A DNA stretch of 64,000 nt from Octopus bimaculoides (GCF_001194135.2 NC_068981.1:39682126-39746125), one strand, 5' to 3'; positions 1 through 14,104 are shown, counted from the stretch's first letter. Made by a program: numbers and translations. The notes: generated by a model from the sequence alone, not told the origin.

Positions 1-297
1 TCTCTCTTCTATTGTTATTCTTGTGGTGTTGCTAGATTTCATAGCAAGCCTTTCGCCAAGCCTTTTTCACAATGCATGCAAACCTTCTGAAACCTAGCAC
101 CGCCACCCAAGTGCCTTCTTAAAGTCACAGTCACAAATGTTTACAAACCATAAATCAACCTCGTAAATCTCATCAGTATAGAGGGCGCTTTAAAGATAAA
201 ACAGTATTCTTCCTCTTCTGACTAAATCGCAAAACATATTCATGTGCACATACGCTTCAAGAAAAATATCATTTAGCCACTGACATATTTACGACTG

Positions 298-409
<112 letters not shown>

Positions 410-605
410 AACGCTTGGTTCGTATTTGTACACTTGGGAGCTAGTACAACAATACTACCTGAGCATTTTAGGGTTGCTATACGTGTTGTGTATATTCGAA
501 GAAAACTATAGGTTTGTTCTGCTACTTGATAATTTATATTTTCTATCCAATAGAAATACTTCCACGAGGTTTCCTTCTGAAAGTACACATTTTTTTAACA
601 CTTAC

Positions 606-691
606 GTAGGACGGTGGTCACGTATAATTCTTTTCCTTTACTTTGTGTCAACCTCCTCGTGTAAGTATAGTTACTAGTACTGCTATAACAT
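606..691 (-). CDS. Candidate internal exon (86 nt) of a minus-strand gene
   Basis: Minus strand acceptor ttgtatttccag and donor TAC|gtaagt. Only one frame is open end to end: CYSSTSNYTYTRRLTQSKGKELYVTTVL (phase 2 to 1). No homology evidence. Confidence 0.25.
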
Positions 692-1058
692 CTGGAAATA
701 CAATTGTGTCCACTCTGGTTATCTCAATGTTTTATACTTCGAAAACTTTTCAGTTTCTTTTAAAAATATATTTACGTCTGAGAGACATTACACATCACAT
801 TTGTTAAAAAAATTGCTTTATTTGGTTTTCTTATTTTTTAAACTAAATATATATGGTCGATGATGTGTGCATAGCTGTAAACCATAATAGCGTCATACCA
901 TCGTTTTCCTATAATTTCCTGATGTCTGTGGTCATTCAATTTCTGGATTATTCTAATTTTGTATTATTTGAGTAGTTTTTACTGGAGGTGTCTTGCTGTT
1001 ATGGGGAGTCCATATATATATATGCAAACAGTCTTGACTGGAATCTGACATTTAGTAT

Positions 1059-1186
<128 letters not shown>

Positions 1187-1517
1187 AAATTTACTTCTAT
1201 TTCTGTTTTTAAAGAAGAACATTCTTCTGCGAGCTCTGTTGTGTATTTATCAACTGTTAGATTTCAATATATTGGCTTGCGGTTGTTGCAGTTATCTTTA
1301 TATTTGAAAGATTTGTGTCATGTCCTAGGAGGTACCTTAACATTTTTATGTACCATTATCCTCTGGTGTATTTGTATGTATGTATGTATGTGCCTATCTA
1401 TATATTTTTTGCTTCAGTAACTATTCTCTATGAGACGTGTCTTTTCGTATTTATCTTACAATTTGGTGTGTGTATATGTCTGTGTGTGCGTGCGTGTGTG
1501 TGTGTATGTGTGTGTTT

Positions 1518-1557
<40 letters not shown>

Positions 1558-4500
1558 CATGTGAAATAAGCTAAGAACACAATTCCTGATTCGGTATTTC
1601 GTCCGGGCATTAACTTATTTCTTCTCAATCAGTGTAGCATTAATGCAATAAACCAGTGATCGATGAACCATCTGCTTCAGGGCAGATATCGAAGTGGATA
1701 ACATCGGGGCGTATTTAAGTACTGACTGATCAGTCTCGTTCAGAAATGGACTAACCAGCAGCTGCTCTTGAATGGTCGGGCAGGAGTGTTTTACGTAACT
1801 TGTTATTTGGCAAACCTGATGTGTCTGTTCGTACACTTCTTGATGGAGTAACGTGCACCACTGTCAAATGGTGTATATGCCGTCAACACCCTCTGCATAC
1901 ATAGCTCGATATGTATGTCGATTATGTAAGGACGAGAGGTGAAGATGTAGCATTTGCAAATATTCCTAGACTGCAATAAAGAGTCGTCTCTGTAAATTAT
2001 GTCCTTTTTTAAATGAATTAAGCCAATTGTAAGAATATGCATCTCACATCTGGAATGTAGTTAAGCGTTCTCGGTTCACTTCCAGCTTGGCAACGTTTTA
2101 GGTCTTAAGGTAAAAAGTTTACTATGGAAACTCTATTTATCAAGGAAGGTCAATTGAACATCCTAATCTGACGGACATTCAAATCATGGTGAATGCATAA
2201 TTTCCCGAAACCTTTGATAACAGTGCTACAAACGTAGTTATTGTCCGTTCAGGATAAACTCTACATATATGGTAACAGGGAGAGATGGGCTTGTTCGTAA
2301 TGTGCGCAAAACAAAGAAATCGGCTTTCACGCCTTCGTTAATTGTTTGGGTCTTACTGACACGTGGAGTTAAGTCGAACAACGAATGTCATGTGTAGAGA
2401 AGCTGGGCCTATCAACCAAGTTCATCCTGAATACGTTTCCTATTTGGCTACGGTAAAATAAATTATGTGGTAGACAGCATTCAAAGGGCTGGCGACTGAT
2501 ATTTTCTTCTTGCTCATGCCAACATCAATTCTTCAAATTCCAGTTGGGGAGAAATGAAGTTTGAAAGGAAATAAATTTATTAAAAGCTAGGTAAGAGTGG
2601 TGAGGGTATCATACAAATCTCAGTATGATTTCTGTAGCTTTTATAAAATAAAAGCTACATAAACGATCTGAGTAAGCCATCATCGTTTTTGCCATTTGTT
2701 CTTGTTTTTATATCTCTTTCATTCTACTCCATAATGATTATTATTTTGCTGAGTCGTTATAGCGTCGGATAAAATACTTTACAGTAGTTGCTACGGATCA
2801 CTAAGTTGTGGGTTTAAATTCTACTCAAGTTTAACTATACTATTGAAATATTTATAGTCTAAGGTAATGGTAGTCAGAATCATTAGAGTGTCGCACAAAA
2901 TACCTTACGGTATTTTATCCATCTCTTTGAGTTTAAATCTTGCCAAGGTCAATATTTCATTCATTGTATCGGGGTCTATGAAATAAAATACCAATCAAGT
3001 ATTGGCGTTTTCCTCTTAAACTTTCTGATCTTGTATCAAAATTTGAAACAAAGATGGTGATGATTCAGACGATGATGATGAGGAGGACGACGACGATGAT
3101 AATGATGATGATAATAATAATGTAGTTTACCATTCAAGTGTAGTCCGACAAAGCCTTTAAAAAAACAAAGCCTTTAATATAATCGATGTTGATCTGACCA
3201 CAATATATATTATAAAGAATTCTAGAAATTATTTAAAACCTGTATATAACTATTCTCAACAAATCGAAAGTTGTTTTCGTAGTATATTTGGAATTGCTAT
3301 GTATATTCCCGAAGAAGCTTTTATTTTGATTTAAACAACTATAAAGGAAATCGTGTTTCAACAAAATACAAATGTCTAATTGCCTAGAATCTGATACCCT
3401 AATGAAACCACTTTTTGAATAAATTTCTGAAAACGTGATTGAAGGAAAAATCTATTCTTATTTTGCTTCCAGGCGTTATCATCTATAGTGTGTCGTGCGT
3501 AATTATAATGATCAAAATTTTGTTTTTGTTGTTGCTGTTGGTGGTGGTGGTGGTGGTGGTAGCAGAGATGGTGGTGGAAGTGATAAAGGTGATGATGATG
3601 ATTTCTTAGATACTTAAGCACAAACAAAATAACATACACACGCAAAAGAATACCATTAAAAACGATCAAGATACGCAACAAATATCACAAGAGGAAATAA
3701 ATGGCGAAATATACTCTATCGAGGAAGACATTCACTTAAACACTGCCATTTATCTAGCAATGGTTGGTCGACAGTCAACACTACCTTAAAAAGGCGAGTC
3801 GTTTGGAAAGATTAAGTGAGCCAGCGAGTTGAGTTGTGAAGATAAAACACATTATTGGAAGAATTGGAAGAACAGTGGATTATTTTGTTCGAAATCAAAA
3901 TCGATTATACTAATTAGATGTCCAAATCCGAGTAAAGGCACTACGTTTACAAACAAAATGAAGCAACACTTATACTGAGTTACACAAATACCAAATACTG
4001 ACTTATTAAAATTCCCCATAGATAGTTGGATAAAAAAAAATGGCAATTTAACAAACTGTACCTGAGATCAGTATGTGGTATGTAATGTAAAAACAAAATT
4101 AAACCTACTTGATTCGAAATAATTATGATTTTGATCTTCGCTCTGGGATCAGGGTTTGAAGCAGATAATTACGTCTCCTGGTAATGGACGTAGGTCTCTA
4201 GAAGACTGTTGGCCACGTTATTCAATACTGGTTAGCCTTAACAAATGAGATCAATGATAAAACGGCCTTTCTTCTGTTATCCAGAATGTTTTCCATTTTC
4301 TCTAAGACGGTATAGTGTGATGTTCTATTTTCTAGCAGGTCGATTGACCGTATACAGATGCCCTCATGAGCTTATCTACATCGCAAGTAAGCTACCAACG
4401 TGATGCGCTACGTATGTAGCCAATAACTAAGGTGTTTCAGAATAAAGTCTCCTAATCGGAAACATATGGAAACCCCAGCAGTAGATTTGAACTCACAATA

Positions 4501-6339
4501 TTTGACCAGCTTATGTAATGCCTTATCTGCTATAAGCAATTTAGAAAAAGTGTCTTGCTTATGGATAACCTACAAAATTGATTACAAATGATTACTGTTC
4601 GGTAATCATTTGTGTCAATGTATGAGCGTACTGATACGTTCTGGATTAGAAACATAGTTCTTTCTGCAGATGTCATACGCTGCAAAAAAGTGTTGTTTAG
4701 CATTGCTTGATACTAAATTTCTTAAATTGATTACTTAAAGAATAAAATTCTTGAATCCAAGACAACCGATTATGGGATGCATCAGCAAAATTTAGTCGAA
4801 CGGAGAGTTGCTAGAATACTTGGCTAAATTCAGTTGCAATTAGAACTGAAGTATATGAAATTTTGAGCTTTTGCCTTAATATTGTGGACGGTTCCTTTAT
4901 ATAGAACAAGAGGTTAGTTCATTATTCTATAATATGGTAGTGAAACCACCACCATCAATACCGTGTATGTGAAATCATTAAGTGTAGTCAGTTCAATTAA
5001 TTCGAAAATTTGGTATTTTTGAATTGAGAAGACCTAATGTTGCTACAGCTGTGATAGTAATTAGATATTTAGTGACTGATGGTTCTGTTATAAATCAATA
5101 TAGGTATTTTGTATTGAATAACAAAGCGCTTTCTCAGAACCACGCGAAGTATAATCATTAAATACTGTAAAAATAAAGATATATATAATGGTTCGTAAGC
5201 AAATTTCTTCAAAATCAGAACGGATCATGAAACTAGTATCAAAGTCAGTCCAGGATATATTTGATTAATTCATATATTAATTCTATGAAATTTAATATAT
5301 AAATTATATATAAAATAATTAAATACGGATATCTCTAATGTATAAAATATACAAAATAATTAGAACACAGACATGAAATTAATACAAAATGTTATATAAC
5401 TACATTTATGCCTGGATATAAAAATAAAAACAAAACTTATGTGAACATCAAGAACGAAATATTTAAGCTCAAGCTAACACTTGTATCAAATCACAAAATC
5501 AAAACAGTGCAAAGATTCGACATATTTTTTTAGTCCTTAAGTTAGTTTTATAGACAGTATAATGAGAGCAATGGAATACTATATGTCTAGTATATTTTTG
5601 TACATTCTTTCGAGTTTGTAACATCAGATACATCCAACAAATTTTATTTTACTGCTTTTATTCTTTTCAGATAAATAAAATATATTCGATTGAAGTATGT
5701 GCCAAGTATCAAGATCGACTCATTTTCCCATCCCAAAACTCAAGTGCTAACAAACAAACATCTTATCACTTATTAGGAGCATTCAACCGTTTCCTAATAA
5801 CGACTACTCACAAGTTCACATACTACTCAACGCCCATCCCTTACTTCTGAACTCTGTGACACTTCGAGTTAGCTGATCGGTCGGTGTTAGTTCATTAGTT
5901 CTGTTCAACCTATTCCTACTTGAACCTCCGCTTCACTTTGACGCTGTTCTAAAGTGAAGATTGCACTAACTCTTGTTTATTTCAGCTCCTGTTTATTTCG
6001 CTAAAACATATCTCTTGATATGCGTAGTAAATATGCCGCATACATATTCGCTCCACGTATCAATATATAATATTGTATCGTCAGCTCAAACATAAACAGC
6101 ACATCATTAGAATTTTCAAACTTGCAGCAGACGTTCGTTTTCACCAGCAGTGACAATCTCTCCTGGCAAAAGCACTTCCCCAAAATAACAATCAATGCAA
6201 CACAAAACCTGGATTTCCTCTTCAGGGCTGGATACTAATGTAGGTCCTAGTGATTATTAACGCTCTCTAAAGGTCAAATGAGACCCACAGTAGAGTAATG
6301 CTTCCACTTCTAAGGTAGTATTGATGCTACATATTCTTT

Positions 6340-6550
6340 TACTCTTTTAGTCTTTAGCTTGATTCAGACATTTGACTGCGGCCATCCTGGAGCAGCACCT
6401 TTAATCCAACAAATCGACCCCAAGACTTATTCTTTGTAAGCCTACTACTTATTCTATCGGTTTCTTTTGCCGAACCGCTAGGTTACAGGGACATAAACAC
6501 ACAAATATCGGTTGTCAAGCGATGGTCGAGGGATACAGACACTCAAATAC

Positions 6551-6611
<61 letters not shown>

Positions 6612-6900
6612 ACGGATTTCTTTCAGTTTCCGTCTGCCAAATCGACTCACAAGGCTTTGGTAGAAGACACTTGACAAAGGTGCCACGCAATGGAACTGAA
6701 CCCAGAAGCACATACACACACACACATAGTTGAAATTTATAGAAAATCAAAAGATGAAGGCAGGTGTATGAACAACAACCAGTTGTATTAGTTTGACGCT
6801 ATAGTAGAAGACACTTGCCCAAGGTGAGACGCAGTGGAACTCAACCCAGAACCATGTGGTTGGGAAGCAAGCTTCTTACCACACAGCTACTCATACGCCT
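6340..6900 (-). mobile_element. SINE family A (tRNA-like head, internal (TA)n, AAGAAT-type tail), with internal partial duplication
   Basis: Reverse complement matches 45862-46330 block by block (gtaagaagcttgcttcccaaccacatggt, ccttgggcaagtgtcttctactatag, ggaaactgaaagaa, (TA)n, gcggttcggcaaaaga, ggccgcagtcaaatg). Confidence 0.85.
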
Positions 6901-7479
6901 AGACATCTTGAAAAGTAGCCAAAAAGGCCGTGAGAAAAATTGGCACGAGGTTGCTTGTCAACACTGGCCCATTATTACGCTCTCTCTATCTATCTATCTG
7001 TCTGTCTATCTCCTCATCCTTTCCTACCGCTACTACAATGTTGTCCCTAATTGTCTCTTCTCTCCTCAACGTTCATATTACAGCCATCTCACTAAAATCA
7101 CCAACTCCTCTATTTCATTTCTATGGAATTTTCTCCCTGTCTGATTTTTTTCCCTTTTTCCTGCAGTCCTGAATTTGTAACTGTCCAAACCGAGCGTTAA
7201 CTGTATCGATCTCACCAGTTTTGGAAAGCCCGAGTATGCCATTTCCGCAGTCATGTCTTCAGGACTAGCCTAATAACGTACGAACGATAAATCTATGTAG
7301 ACTTTTACTTCTTCGAAACCAAAAAAAAAATGATATTTGTCGAAGTTATAAATCAATATTCTGTTAAAATATAATTACTAATCGTCATATTCTCCAAAAC
7401 CTTTTTTCATCATTTGTTACTTAACGCATATGAATATATACTGGAAGCATTTTTACATTCTCTAATGTTTGGAACTTAC

Positions 7480-7503
7480 TCTCGGTTTAAAATTGGGATT
7501 CGG
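7480..7503 (-). CDS. Candidate 24-nt micro-exon (PNPNFKPR, phase 0 to 0)
   Basis: Minus strand acceptor cttttttaatacag and donor AGA|gtaagt; frame-compatible with the candidate exon at 13092-13123. Confidence 0.3.
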
Positions 7504-7934
7504 CTGTATTAAAAAAGTTAATATCTATTTTGATAAAAGTAAAAGTAAATCAAATACACATCAGTCGGTTCAAGTTCAATCCCCATGATCAAGAAAAATT
7601 GCCATTGCTGTATTTTTATGCTCTTTCTAGAAACATCTTTACATGAAGCTGATTTGTTAAAGCATGAATTATATTAAAAAATTTCACACTCATATTTAGT
7701 TCCAATCACCAAGTCTTCTAACAAGAAAAGATATATTTTTAACTTCAGAAATAAATATCTTAGCTTCATATTATGCAGTTTGTATTTTTGAACCTGTTTA
7801 AGCAGCATAAACCACTACTTTTAAAATCAATCAATTCCATCTATTCTTGGTACTCAAAAATATTCTGTCCAAACCACTTACAAAATATCATTAATTTTAC
7901 TATTACTTTAATTGTTTTTATCACTTTTTAGTAC

Positions 7935-8115
7935 TTCAAGTGGGCGGTGAGTTGGCAGAATTGTTAAAGAAATACATTGTGTTATTTTCTTCGTTTTTGT
8001 TCTGTGTTCAAATCTAGGCAACGCTGACTTTTCCTTTCAACATTTCAATCAAGTACTGAGGTCGGTTAATCACTTCACTCAAAATTACTGGCCTTCTGCC
8101 CAAATTAGAAAAATT
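7935..8115 (+). mobile_element. SINE family B fragment
   Basis: ggcggtgagttggcagaattgtta ... gttcaaat ... ctggccttctgcccaaatt resembles copies at 20494-20900 and 41395-41610. Confidence 0.7.
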
Positions 8116-9879
8116 ATTATAACTACATTTTTCATATCAAACCCATTATATTTTTCATTGATCTCCGATTTAAGAATCGATTCATTACTACTATGATACT
8201 CTATCGTGCATGCATTTTTACAAGTTTTTTCGAGGCAGATGAAAGCAGCTCCTTGTGCCTCGGATACATAAAATTAATTTTGTATTTTTCTTAGTTATTG
8301 AGACTACATAATATATGTGAAAAGGCAAGTAGTGAATGAGTATAAATTATGGCATTTCGATAATATATTTCTTCGTACATGTTGTCACTATACCCAGAGT
8401 ACTTGTTATGGAATTTGTTTCTGTTTTCATTCCACATTTTCTAAATATCTTTGTTTCTAGTTTTGGATAGTTTTGTATTTATATTCGTGATATTGTTATA
8501 CCGTTTTCAGTTCATATATAGGTTATGAAAGTTTCTTTCGCTGATGGATGATTTACCTTACCTTATTCTCCATGTTTGCGTAACGATATATATCCCAGAG
8601 AATGTTCATTTTGTAAAAATCTACTGCCTCATTTTTGTTAACGTTTCAGAATACTACCATAGTGTCCATTGTAAAAATATAATTCTGAAATACCAGTATA
8701 TTTACCCTGTTTTAATTAGGACTGGTCATTCAACAATATGGTAGATTGTTTATTTACAGATTCTACATGTTCCAAAATTACTCTTGTATTCTATTTTCTA
8801 TAATGTATTGGCAGCTTTTGTTTTCTGTTTTTGGTCTTGTCTACCGATCAAATTTTTTCATTTAAGTTTTATCCTACATTTGCTAAATACTGCTATGTTT
8901 AATTTATATGATACCGGACCAAATATCCTAGATGCTTGAGACTAGAATTGGTCTTGATTTCGAAGTTTTCTGGTTTTTTTGGAGAGCACCTAAATATATA
9001 AGATAAACTTATAAAGTTAAGTATTATATTACATATCAACAGGTAAAAATTAATTCATTTCTAAAGTACAGCTTCGTTGGTATTATTAATCGATCTGCAA
9101 CATTATAACTATAATACACTGTACTGTGTATACAGTGTAATGTTTATATGGTAAAAATTAAACGAAGTAAAGAAAATAATTTTGACAGATGCAGGTACAA
9201 ATTAATACGCTTCAAAGGCAGAGTATGTTTGATCTTCATCAATCCACATAAAAACGTAAAGAACAAGACTATCTGTAGCACAAATTAACCAACTCCAAGG
9301 CTGTGCTTCCTCAACGCAAGGATACGGTATATTGACCGATACTGCACAGTATTTCCGGATTTCTGAACATTCTATATTTCAGATATTTTAAGATATTTTG
9401 CTTTCAGTGTTTGCTTTCATTTTGTTCTGTAGTGGCGTTTTGGGAGCTTTCTTCTCCAACGTCGTAGTCAACTGAGATTTTAGTTTTTAATTTTCTGTAT
9501 TTTTGTTTCAGTTAGCTCAGCTCTGTTTTACATTACTTAGTTTCCTTTGCGAAAAACGAAACAGTTTAGTTTACATTTTAGTAAGTATTTTTGTGGCTCT
9601 ACACTAAATAATTTTATAATGGGATCCTCGATGCAGAATACCTCTGCTGGCTTGTGGTTGGTACATTGAGAATTCAATCATTGACTTTCTTATCTTCATG
9701 CCTAAAGACGTGTATTGCTGAGAATATTATCACAAAAACTTGTGTTAATATCACTGCAGTGTTCATATCTCATACAATATACATTCCTCCAGTTAAAGTA
9801 TTAATTTATTATGAATATTATATTCTTTAGTAACATTTTTGTATAAGTAGGCATTATATTTGTTTAATTACTTTTATCC

Positions 9880-9985
9880 TTTCGGAGTCAATAAAATAAG
9901 TCCTAGTTGAGCACAGGGGGCCATGTAATTGACTTACCCCTTCCCCGGTATTGCTGGCTTTGTATCAAAATTTGAAATCAATATT
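9880..9985 (+). mobile_element. SINE family B 3' fragment
   Basis: tcctttcggagtcaataaaataagt ... gtaattgacttacccct ... gctggctttgtatcaaaatttgaaa matches the 3' half of family B. Confidence 0.7.
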
Positions 9986-10099
9986 ATACTGTTATCTTAT
10001 AAATTTCATAAATTTTCTCTACAAGGTTGCCGTATCGTTGCACACTTTAACCTGCACACCTGTTCAATGTGTGCACTAAATTCGTGTACAGAGTGTAGT

Positions 10100-11800
10100 A
10101 GTACTTCTTAGAATCGTGCAACTTTAGCTAATGCATAAACCGGATTGTTCTTTCACAGCATTTGTATCTAAATAATTCTACTTTAGCATCTTAGTTGAAG
10201 GTATTTGCTCTTAGCAGAAAATGAGCGGAGGAGGAAGGCAATCCACTAGGAACATTCCTCTTATAATAAATTTTTCCCATCTTTCTTTCATTTGAAGCTA
10301 CAAACTGTAATTTCATTTATTCATGTCACGTTTCTTGTACCTATTTCATATTAGTGTTTCTTACGCACACCTAATGTTTTTAGTAATTACGAATATTGAA
10401 CGCAGTAACAAGCCTCGTGGTACCTAATCCATGTCATGCTCCGACGATTCCTTTCACTCATACCTTTTTCGTTTATAATTTTGTTGATTAGTAACTGATC
10501 TTTACTTCAATGTAGATCTATTCAACATCACTATTGTCTTTTTTTCGAATGTGTATTTATACTTTCCAAAAATATTACGATTTAAGTTTATTTTTATATA
10601 TAGTAGGAAAACATGCTATGAGGAATTTATAGTTTCAAGAAAATATGTAGTTTTCGTCAGTCTTTAGACTTACAATATTTTTCCCACAGTGAATTATCTA
10701 GGATATCTTTCTGGCTTTTTCAGTATGCGATTAAATGATTTTGCAAGCACTTTGGTAGGTATTTTAACTATGATCATGAAGTATGCTATTTCTTAGTTTC
10801 TTTCCAATTGCTCATATTATTACAATACAACTGTTCTACTTCACTTGTTACTTATTAGGAGTAATACCTTTTATTTTAAGGATTCTTGGTTGTAGTTGTC
10901 AATAAAATGTCCCCGTTTTCTTTCCTTAAAGTGCTGGTGCTACATTGCTTTCTGTTTCTCAGCGAAATATTTTCGTGTTGATATCAAACTGTATATTTTG
11001 TTTCAATACGTTACGGCGCTCTTTGCCTTCAAAATTTAGCAACGATAACTGATTATTTGAAGCGCTATTGATATTCAAATATTAAAGTTTTGCTGATATA
11101 TTTTCAAAGTATTTGTACTTCTTTCTTGAACTTTTTCATTTGTACATTTTAGTTGTTAATTTATTGAGGTTTAAGTTATATATCATTTTCTATTTTTATC
11201 AGTGTAAATATTTTCTGTGTTCCTTTGTGTATAGAAGTTCCTTAAAGAGAAGTTTTGAGGAAGGACCAAGTTTCATTTGTAACTACTATGATTGTTTCAT
11301 AAATTAGTTAATTTATCTTGACAATATTCATGTTCGCATTTAAATTTAAGTATGCCTCTGAGGTCAAGTTTGCGTGTTTTATAACCGTTGCTTCTTTATT
11401 GCAAAGATTTCATTTTGGGATGGTTTTTCATTGGTCCGTAGAAATAGCTTCTATTTATTTTAACTTCTTTAACTTCTCAATCTTTTCAGTATTGCTATAT
11501 TCAAAAAATTCCAGTTTTAGCTCTTCTCTTAGAGATGTTATATTCTTGTGTTCATATTTTCATTGACGTACTTTGGGTTCGGCTCTTGTTGTTCTATATT
11601 CTATAGTTATGTTATAGATTTTTGTATTGTTTTGTTTTATTTTGTTTACTTCCTATGTGCAAGATTTATCTTCGTGATTTAAATTTCTATGTTTAGAGCT
11701 TTAATGTTTTCTGCGTAGTTTTCTTTATTGTTGTGTATCTTCTTTTTTATTACTGTTCTAGTTCAAATTCAGATATTTTTTTTTTTTAAGAATACATATT
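10100..11800 (-). pseudogene. Heavily decayed L1/Tx1-like LINE ORF2 (reverse transcriptase region)
   Basis: A-rich minus strand gives, in the expected order, ITSLREELKLEFFEYSNTEKIEKLKKL, LFLRTNEKPSQNEIFAIKKQR, VKIPTKVLAKSFNRILKK (about 10715-10770; cf. DYKILTKVLANRL), MTWIRY and RGMFLVDCLPPPLIF (about 10217-10262; cf. RGVRQGCPLSPLLF). Many stops and frameshifts. Confidence 0.55.
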
Positions 11801-12085
11801 CTTAACTTGCCTAGTCTGTAGTACTCTAGAGTTAAAAGTTGCTTTTCTAACAGGTTTAGTCAGTCTTCAGATATTATACACGTAATTGTTGTAGTTTCTT
11901 TAAGGGAAGGTGCAGCTGTAAATCATTCATGTACTATGGAGTTATGTTCCTCCTGTGTCCATTAATGAAGTTTGTATTTGTGAGACGTGAGGAGTAAAGC
12001 TTTGTTCATTATTCATATTGTCATCATTTTTCATTGTGCAGCGGTGAACTTGTTTGTTGGTGATGCGAAACTTTTCACACTATAT

Positions 12086-12416
12086 CAGGGGTTCTCAACA
12101 ACTTTTTACCTATGGACCTCTTTGATTAGTATTTTATTCTGGTAGACCCCATAGCCATTCGATGTTTAAAAATTAATTTTATAGAAACTTGTTTTAAAAG
12201 TCCTATATTGTTTTTCATACATTAACTTGTGTAGGTTGAACGATGTAAAATGTTAGAAAAAGAAACCTAGCTGTTTCTTGCAATACATACGCATACATGC
12301 ATCTAAAGCAACTTTTGTTTTTTTGTTGATCCCCAATTTACTATTTTGCTGTGTGGGTACTCCAAAATCTTTTATGGATCTGTAAGGGTCATATGCATCC
12401 CGGTTGAGAATCACTG
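12086..12416. mobile_element. Non-autonomous hAT (Charlie/Buster-type) MITE, 331 bp
   Basis: TIRs CAGGGGTTCTCAAC / GTTGAGAATCACTG (12 of 14 complementary) and identical 8-bp TSD CACTATAT at 12078-12085 and 12417-12424. Confidence 0.92.
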
Positions 12417-12615
12417 CACTATATTATAGTTGTTATGAATCAAGTTCAAAGCATGCATTGCACCTAATTTTGGAACAAAAGATAGGATTTTAATTTGTAT
12501 TGTTTACCATTATTTGTTTTGAATTGAATTTGTCTAGAGTTCGTTTTCACGTGTTCTTTCAGTGTGTTTACATGTGTTGATATTAAGGATGCATAAATTA
12601 TGTTAAAGAAAATAA

Positions 12616-13025
12616 CATCTATGCATCCATCTTCTGCGCTCAGTATTCTTGAGGGGCGGACGTGGGGGTAGAGACTTCAAGTGCTTACTCCATAGGGTCC
12701 TATCAGAAGCAACCGTCATTACACTTTTCAGCTGGATCCCAAAACGTGACCATTTGAGACTATGGATATTATTCAATCCTCTTGGTCTTGGCCTATGACT
12801 AAATCTCCTACCTGTTGGTTCAGATTCAAGAATCCGTCATGCGATTCTTTCCTGCAATATTCTAATAACGTCTCCATAATATTGAAGCTGTGATCTCTCA
12901 ATGCAGCGAAGTAGCGACTCAGTCGCATCTCGGAGTTACGGGCTCTCTCGAATTACGGTAATCCAGAGTTCCTCCGGAGAAACCCTGTTTTGGTCGCTTA
13001 TATTCCCGATCGTACTCTTTCAATT
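12616..13025 (-). pseudogene. RTE-clade LINE 3' end (ORF C-terminus plus short tail)
   Basis: Minus translation ERVRSGI*ATKTGFLRR ... ESLLRCIERSQLQYYGDVIRILQERIA*RILESEPTGRRFSHRPRPR ... VASDRTLWSKHLKSLPPRP follows the RTE C-terminal pattern (IERSQLRWFGHL.RM ... GRRPRGRP ... LPPRP). Confidence 0.85.
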
Positions 13026-13091
13026 ATTATCCAACGTTCACGACTATAGGTAATGATAGGTAAGCAAATTCAACTGAAATATATTACTTAC

Positions 13092-13123
13092 TCGAGTATC
13101 CTTCGCATTGGGAAGAAAATAAG
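13092..13123 (-). CDS. Candidate 32-nt micro-exon ((A)YFLPNAKDTR, phase 1 to 0)
   Basis: Minus strand acceptor ttaatgcgtctcag and donor CGA|gtaagt; phase fits the candidate exons at 27104-27146 and 7480-7503. All three frames are open, so the frame choice is inferred. Confidence 0.28.
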
Positions 13124-13299
13124 CTGAGACGCATTAAATAATAAATGATATGTTAATAAATGGAAGAAATACAACAGAATTTCAAATCATACATTATAAT
13201 AAAGGCTGTTATTAATTTTGTACCGCTTTATGCTCCGTAACGAAACTGTTCGACAATGAGATAGCTAAATATATGAGCCAGGTAGAAATAAGCATAGGG

Positions 13300-13385
13300 T
13301 CGATATAATCAATTATACTCTTTAAAGCGGTGACCTTGCATGGCTTCAATCCAATGACTGATACCTGTAAAAGAATAAAAGAATA
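13300..13385 (+). mobile_element. SINE family A 3' tail fragment
   Basis: gggtcgat ... taaagcggtg ... gcatggc ... aatgactga ... aaaagaataaaagaata matches the end of 45862-46330. Confidence 0.6.
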
Positions 13386-13886
13386 CATTACACACATGCG
13401 TACACGCATACACTCGCATACACACATGCATACACGCATACACGCACATACACACACACTCATATGTATTTACAAGCATATACACATGCATATATATATA
13501 TATATGTGCGCATGTAGGCATGCAGTTTATTGATATCTGAAATGATTGCATTAGAAACAAAATGTATTCATGGTGTTTCCCTCTAACATTATTAGTGATA
13601 TCTAGAGGCGAAAGTCAATATCCAATGCGAAGGTTAGATAATTTTAGCATTGAAATACAGACGGACGTTTCAAATTTATTTCAATCAGAAAATGGAAGTT
13701 ATGAGTGAGGTATGCTTGGAATATGGTATATATTTCTCATGTTGCGTTGACTTTCTAACAAGCAGGATTTAATGTATACCTGTCACATTGACGATCAAGT
13801 TTTAACCTGAGACGAGGAAATATTTTTCGACAAAACATTTTTTGTCATCTCAATTTTGTTCATTATAGATCAAGAAAAGGTTGAAA

Positions 13887-14103
13887 TACGTACATATATA
13901 CATACACACGCATATGCATGTACACACACATGCATAAATACATACACGCATACGCACATACATACAGATACATACACACGCATACGTACATACACACGCA
14001 TACATACACACATACATACATACATACATACATACATACATACATACATACATACATACGCGCGCGCACACATACACACACACACACACGTACATACATA
14101 CAT
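13887..14103. repeat. Compound (TACA)n/(CA)n microsatellite
   Basis: Direct reading; it accounts for the HT-rich N-terminal part of ORF 13918-14697. Confidence 0.95.
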
Positions 14104-14104
14104 T

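Noticed and set aside
160-190. Minus-strand CTGATGA (also similar boxes near 7255, 10650, 11865, 22497, 40043, 50794)
   Set aside because: No correctly spaced GAAA with paired stems I-III; consistent with chance heptamers.
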